Below, piece after piece: positions 59,504-64,000 of a DNA stretch of 64,000 nt. This stretch comes from an uncultured Planctomycetales bacterium (GTDB lineage Bacteria; Planctomycetota; MHYJ01; JACPRB01): positions 682 through 64,681 of the forward strand of contig CAZSCC010000566.1 in assembly GCA_964604905.1 (NCBI GenBank), in the 5' to 3' direction. A program made the translations under genes and the position numbers. The notes under the pieces are model-generated. The model saw only the letters and a list, made by a program, of their open reading frames with translations. It was not told the DNA's origin and searched no databases. Numbering within the stretch: position 1 is the stretch's first letter; the number at the start of each line of letters is the position of its first letter.

Positions 59504-60766
59504 ATGCTGTTCCAGATGCTCTTCGTCCTACTCGCGACGCAGGACCCCGGGACGCCCGAGCTCCGGGGGGCGTGGCTGGCGAACGATACGGTCGACACGG
59601 CGGCGCACCGGGCGGAGATGCTGGCGAAACTCCGGCGAGGCCACTTCAACACGGTCTTCATCGCCGTGCCGTCGCTGGGGGGGCAGTACGGGACCTCCGA
59701 CGCTGCAGGGTTCGGCGCGATGGTGGACGACTGCAGGGCGGCCGGGCTTTCGGTCCACGCCTGGTTCCAGAACTTCAAGCGCCTGGGCGAGTCGACGCAG
59801 GCGGACTTCGCGAGCGCCGCGGAACGGGCGGCGCAGCGGCAGTGGGTCCTCGACATGCTCGTCGCCTATCCGAAGCTGGACGGCGTGCAGTGCGATTACA
59901 TCCGGTACTCGACGTGGGAGGCCTGCAACGGCGCGAAGATGCAGGGGGTGGCCGACACCGTGAAGGCCATCCGCGATGCGGTCGCACCGCGGCCGGTCAC
60001 CTGCGCGGTCTTCAACGCGGCGTCGATCAGCTACCGCGGGTGGAAGCCGACCTGGGAGGGGGACGTTCCCCCATGGTATCGCGACTGGTACGCCGCGAAT
60101 CCCGACAACTATTACGAGCAACAGGCGAACGCGGCGGGGAGCAATCCCAACTGGCTGCTCGGGGGGAGTTTTTTCAGCTACCAGCAGGACCCTGCGGCAT
60201 GGATCAAGGCCGGGCTTGCGGACGGCTGCGCGACGATGCAGTACACGGCGGTCGACGCGACCTGGCAGAACGAGGTGCAGATCTGGAAGAGTTTCCTCGG
60301 GGCGGAGAACGGGAAGCTCTACATGGGGCTGGGTTGGATGGGGCCGACCCAGTGGTTCACGGACTCGGCCTTCGACGCGGCCGCGATGGTCCGCTTCATC
60401 AAGTATGGCCGCGCGAACGGGGTGAAGGGGTTCGTGGTCTTCCGCCTGGGGCAGCCCGGGGTGGACGACGGGCCGTTCCTGGATGCTCTTTCGGTGGACG
60501 GTCCGGCGAATGGGAACGCGGCGCCGTTCACGCGGGATGTGGCATCGACGCTCTCCTCGGGCGGCAGCCCTTCACCCGCTCCGGCGCCTTCGGCTCCCGG
60601 AGCTTCCGGGGGCGGCGGGGGAGGGCACTCGGGCTGCGGCGGGACGATCTCCGCCCGGAGGCCCGTCGCTCCGCTCTTCCTGGGTCTGGTCGCGCTGCTG
60701 CTGGCTACTTGGCCTTGGGCTTGGTCCGGACGGTGCGGGGCGGCTGGCCGCAGTCGGGGCACTTGA
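59504..60766 (+). CDS. glycoside-hydrolase-like (GHL10/DUF187-type TIM barrel) protein with Gly/Cys + hydrophobic C-terminal tail
   Basis: ELRGAWLAN...HFNTVFIAV...GLSVHAWF...DGVQCDYIRY pattern. The C-terminus is GGGGGGHSGCGG...LFLGLVALLLA followed by basic residues. Confidence 0.65.
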   Translation: MLFQMLFVLLATQDPGTPELRGAWLANDTVDTAAHRAEMLAKLRRGHFNTVFIAVPSLGGQYGTSDAAGFGAMVDDCRAAGLSVHAWFQNFKRLGESTQADFASAAERAAQRQWVLDMLVAYPKLDGVQCDYIRYSTWEACNGAKMQGVADTVKAIRDAVAPRPVTCAVFNAASISYRGWKPTWEGDVPPWYRDWYAANPDNYYEQQANAAGSNPNWLLGGSFFSYQQDPAAWIKAGLADGCATMQYTAVDATWQNEVQIWKSFLGAENGKLYMGLGWMGPTQWFTDSAFDAAAMVRFIKYGRANGVKGFVVFRLGQPGVDDGPFLDALSVDGPANGNAAPFTRDVASTLSSGGSPSPAPAPSAPGASGGGGGGHSGCGGTISARRPVAPLFLGLVALLLATWPWAWSGRCGAAGRSRGT

Positions 60767-61085
60767 GGGCCGCGTTGTCGTACAGCTTGAGGCACGCGTA
60801 GCAGCGGAACGCCTCCTCGGCGTGGTCGCGGTAGAAGTAGTTGATCTGCGAGCACGACGCGCACATGGAGATGAAGACCTCCCGGTCCTCGTGCTTGTCG
60901 CTGTTGGCGCAGATCCACATGATGGCGCCGGTGTCGGAGGCGCTCATCCCGTCGCGCTCGGCGGGGATGGACTGGCCCGGCAGGATGCCCGCGCGGGCGA
61001 GGTGGGGTTTGCGGACGACGGAGGCCTCGTTTCCCGACGCGCAGGCGCCGAGGGCGACGAGCAGGAGCGGCAGGGCGTGCTTCAT
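60705..61085 (-). CDS. Cys-rich (double zinc-ribbon-like) lipoprotein
   Basis: MKHALPLLLVALGACASG lipobox, then CASC / CYAC / CPDC pairs. ATG at 61085 chosen. Confidence 0.55.
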   Translation of the reverse strand: MKHALPLLLVALGACASGNEASVVRKPHLARAGILPGQSIPAERDGMSASDTGAIMWICANSDKHEDREVFISMCASCSQINYFYRDHAEEAFRCYACLKLYDNAALKCPDCGQPPRTVRTKPKAK

Positions 61086-61129
61086 GGCGATCCCCCTATG
61101 ATTCACAAACGGACGGTCGACGCGCTCAA

Positions 61130-61159
61130 AGTATAACCTATGGGTCATCGGTTCGGCAA
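61130..61159 (-). promoter_or_regulatory. candidate sigma70-like promoter (TTGCCG-N18-TATACT on the minus strand)
   Basis: Hexamers at 61154..61159 and 61130..61135 (minus strand), ~45 nt upstream of the ATG at 61085. Consensus match only. Confidence 0.25.
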
Positions 61160-61325
61160 CGTTCGCCTGCCTTTTTTTTGAGGAGTGAGTGGGGCAGGAA
61201 CCGGTCGCCGGCATGAGCCGTGATCCGGTGCGTGCGGGCCGCCGAATAAAGGAGAGGGTCGGTCGAAGGGCCGCAGGCCCGAATTTCGTTTCGCCTCTCC
61301 CGGGCGCGCCTTAGAATGACGGCCC

Positions 61326-62153
<828 letters not shown>

Positions 62154-62155
62154 CG

Positions 62156-63169
62156 ATGACTCTCACCGAGGACGTGCCCTTCAAGGTGCTCCGGCGGACT
62201 TGGCAGCCGGTGGCGCTCTCGCGCGACCTCAAGGAGAACCAGGTCCGCGGCTACACGCTCCTCGACCAGGAGATCCTCGTCGCGAGATTCCCCGGGACTC
62301 TGATGGCCTCGCAGGCGTGGTGCCCCCACAAGGGGATGCGCCTGGAGAACGGGACGATCGCGGGCGGCGAGCTCCGCTGCGCCTACCACGGCTGGCGGTT
62401 CGACGCGTGCGGGAACTGCACCAACATCCCGTCGCTGATCGAGCCGGTCCCCAACAAGCAGGAGCAGGCGCGCCTCGAGACGTACGACGTCCGCGAGCGG
62501 TACGGCATGGTGTGGGTGAAGCTCGAGAAGGGCGAGGCGGCGCCGCTCCCCGACGTGGCCGAGTTCGAGGACCGCGCGTGGACCTACGTCGTGGCCGACC
62601 CCATGGTCTTCCAGGCGGGCTTCCGCCGCGAGATCGAGAACTACCTCGACATGACCCACTTCGCGTTCGCCCACGCGACGACGCTCGGGGTCGCGGCCGA
62701 CGCGGTCGTGCCGCCCATGAAGATCGAGGAATATCCCGACGGCTTCCTGATGGACGCGCCGTTCCCCTCGCTGGCGTCGCCCGAGAACCCGCCCGGGAAG
62801 CTCCAGCAGGCCCACCGGCGGCGGCAGCGCTGCTGGCTCCCCAACTTCACGACGATCCGGCAGTCGTTCCTGGACGGCGACGAGCGCGTCCTGGTCCACA
62901 TCCCGTCGCCCAACACTGTCGACCGCTGCACGGTCTTCTGGGCGCTGGCGATCTCCCCCGGCTTCAAGGGCCCCGCGCCCGAGGAGCAGATGCGGTTCGC
63001 CGTCAACGTCCTGAAGGAGGATCGGCGGATGTGCGAGAGCCAGGTCCCGGCGGAGGTGCCGGTCAACCCCTCGCGGGGCGGCTGGGGAGTGCTCGTCACG
63101 CCGGGCGACACGCTGGCCAACACCTTCCAGCGGACGTTCCGGAAGTTCCTGCTCGCCTCAGATCGCTAG
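62156..63169 (+). CDS. Rieske [2Fe-2S] non-heme-iron oxygenase (alpha subunit-like)
   Basis: CPHKGMRL-x-CAYHGWRF Rieske motif and the mononuclear iron motif E-x3-D-x2-H-x4-H (EIENYLDMTHFAFAH). Starts 2 nt after the FAH gene. Confidence 0.9.
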   Translation: MTLTEDVPFKVLRRTWQPVALSRDLKENQVRGYTLLDQEILVARFPGTLMASQAWCPHKGMRLENGTIAGGELRCAYHGWRFDACGNCTNIPSLIEPVPNKQEQARLETYDVRERYGMVWVKLEKGEAAPLPDVAEFEDRAWTYVVADPMVFQAGFRREIENYLDMTHFAFAHATTLGVAADAVVPPMKIEEYPDGFLMDAPFPSLASPENPPGKLQQAHRRRQRCWLPNFTTIRQSFLDGDERVLVHIPSPNTVDRCTVFWALAISPGFKGPAPEEQMRFAVNVLKEDRRMCESQVPAEVPVNPSRGGWGVLVTPGDTLANTFQRTFRKFLLASDR

Positions 63170-63463
63170 GAGCCGGACCGCCGAGCCCAGGAGGAGGAGG
63201 GCTCCACTCCACTTCACCCACTCCACGGGATGCTCGCGCCATCGGGAGCGGGTCCAGCCGTAGTCGCCCGTGGTCATCGCCACCTCGTCGCTGGCGAGGA
63301 AGGAGACCAGGCCGAGGAGGGCGAGGAGGAAGGGCTTGAGGTCGAGCATCCAGCTGTGGCCGATCCAGACCTTGGCGAGGCAGGCCGCGAAGAGGGCGAT
63401 CGCGAGCAACTCCTGCCACCAGGTTTGGAGGAAATCCCGGGTGAGGGTCCGCAGGCGGTTCAT
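63158..63463 (-). CDS. small hypothetical membrane protein
   Basis: 101 aa with three hydrophobic segments (LLAIALFAACLA, FLLALLGLVSFLA, ALLLLGSAVRLLAI). 12-nt convergent overlap with the Rieske gene. Confidence 0.5.
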   Translation of the reverse strand: MNRLRTLTRDFLQTWWQELLAIALFAACLAKVWIGHSWMLDLKPFLLALLGLVSFLASDEVAMTTGDYGWTRSRWREHPVEWVKWSGALLLLGSAVRLLAI

Positions 63464-63589
63464 CTCGGGTGAGACGGGGGGGCAGGTGCGCCGTTACAGG
63501 CCTGAATTTGCGCTCGGTGTCATAACGGCAGGTGCTCGGGCTATGTACTGATACTTGGCGTTTCGTTCAAGGACACGGGAGGCTATGCC

Positions 63590-64000
63590 ATGAAGACGAT
63601 CATCCGCGCCTTCGCGCTCCTTCTGCTGCTCTCGCCCCTGGCGGGCGCCGCCCAGGAGAAGAAGAAGTACAAGGTCCTCGCGCTCACCCAGTCCAAGGGC
63701 TTCCGGCACGGCCCCGTGACCCGGAAGAGCCCCCAGGACCTCTGCCTCTCCGAGGTCACGATCACCCAGATCGGGAAGGACTCGGGCCTCTTCGACACCG
63801 AGTGCACCCAGGACGCCAACACGATCACCGCCGAGAAGCTCAAGGACGTCGATCTCCTCCTCTTCTACACGACCGGCGGCGACCTCCTTAGCCCCGCGAC
63901 CTGGACCGCGATCGACGAGTGGCTCAAGAGCGGCAAGGCCTTCGTCGGCACCCACAGCTCGACCGACACGATGAACAACCACAGGGGCTATTACGAGATG
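63590..64000 (+). CDS. ThuA-domain protein, N-terminal part (runs off window)
   Basis: Not in the ORF track because no stop is reached. ATG at 63590 follows GGGAGG. Signal peptide MKTIIRAFALLLLLSPLAGAA, then KVLALTQSKGFRHG, typical of the ThuA family. Confidence 0.7.
   Translation, partial: MKTIIRAFALLLLLSPLAGAAQEKKKYKVLALTQSKGFRHGPVTRKSPQDLCLSEVTITQIGKDSGLFDTECTQDANTITAEKLKDVDLLLFYTTGGDLLSPATWTAIDEWLKSGKAFVGTHSSTDTMNNHRGYYEM

Noticed and set aside
61155-61179. Weak hairpin (GGCA..TGCC) followed by T8 on the plus strand, a terminator-like element
   Set aside because: The stem is only 4 bp and no plus-strand gene ends nearby. The same region fits better as the upstream or promoter region of the minus-strand lipoprotein gene.
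61268-61293. GGGCC-GCA-GGCCC mini-hairpin followed by a U-rich stretch, 45 nt upstream of the FAH gene
   Set aside because: It is too short (5 bp, 3-nt loop) to call an attenuator or riboswitch without comparative data.

Overview
This is a visibly GC-rich bacterial chromosomal segment (roughly two thirds G+C by eye, strong GC3 bias). It holds about 55 credible protein genes on both strands. I found no rRNA, tRNA, CRISPR array, transposase or integrase. By inference, the gene content is typical of Planctomycetota/PVC-type genomes: a PSCyt1/DUF1549/DUF1553 + DUF1501 pair, a second DUF1501, two formylglycine-type sulfatases, Kelch/PQQ beta-propellers, two ECF sigma/anti-sigma pairs and many lipoproteins. 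Housekeeping genes are ada, gnd, an EF-G and a SUI1/YciH-type factor. Sugar-acid catabolism is prominent: an IlvD/Edd dehydratase, a GntR | SDR-KdgK-like-gnd divergon, a tightly coupled 4-gene operon ending in a KGSADH-type aldehyde dehydrogenase and an enolase-superfamily dehydratase, and a KdaD-like FAH gene. c-di-GMP signalling is represented by two GGDEF-EAL proteins plus a membrane FHA protein with two N-terminal MshEN-type motif pairs. The most notable observations are these. (1) Two secreted thioredoxin-fold ORFs are each interrupted by a single in-frame TGA at the redox-active position, and the frame continues, so they are candidate selenoproteins (UxxC and CU types). (2) An MreB/actin-fold ATPase is fused to a ~350-aa coiled-coil/EA-rich N-terminus. 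(3) The tandem-MshEN/FHA/TM protein sits in an operon with a HEAT-repeat protein. (4) A 35-nt AT-rich perfect palindrome contains the stop codons of both convergent genes. (5) A decayed copy of a nucleotidyltransferase gene lies next to a beta-helix gene whose signal peptide is in a different frame. Many long ORFs in the supplied track are GC-driven shadow ORFs and were not annotated.
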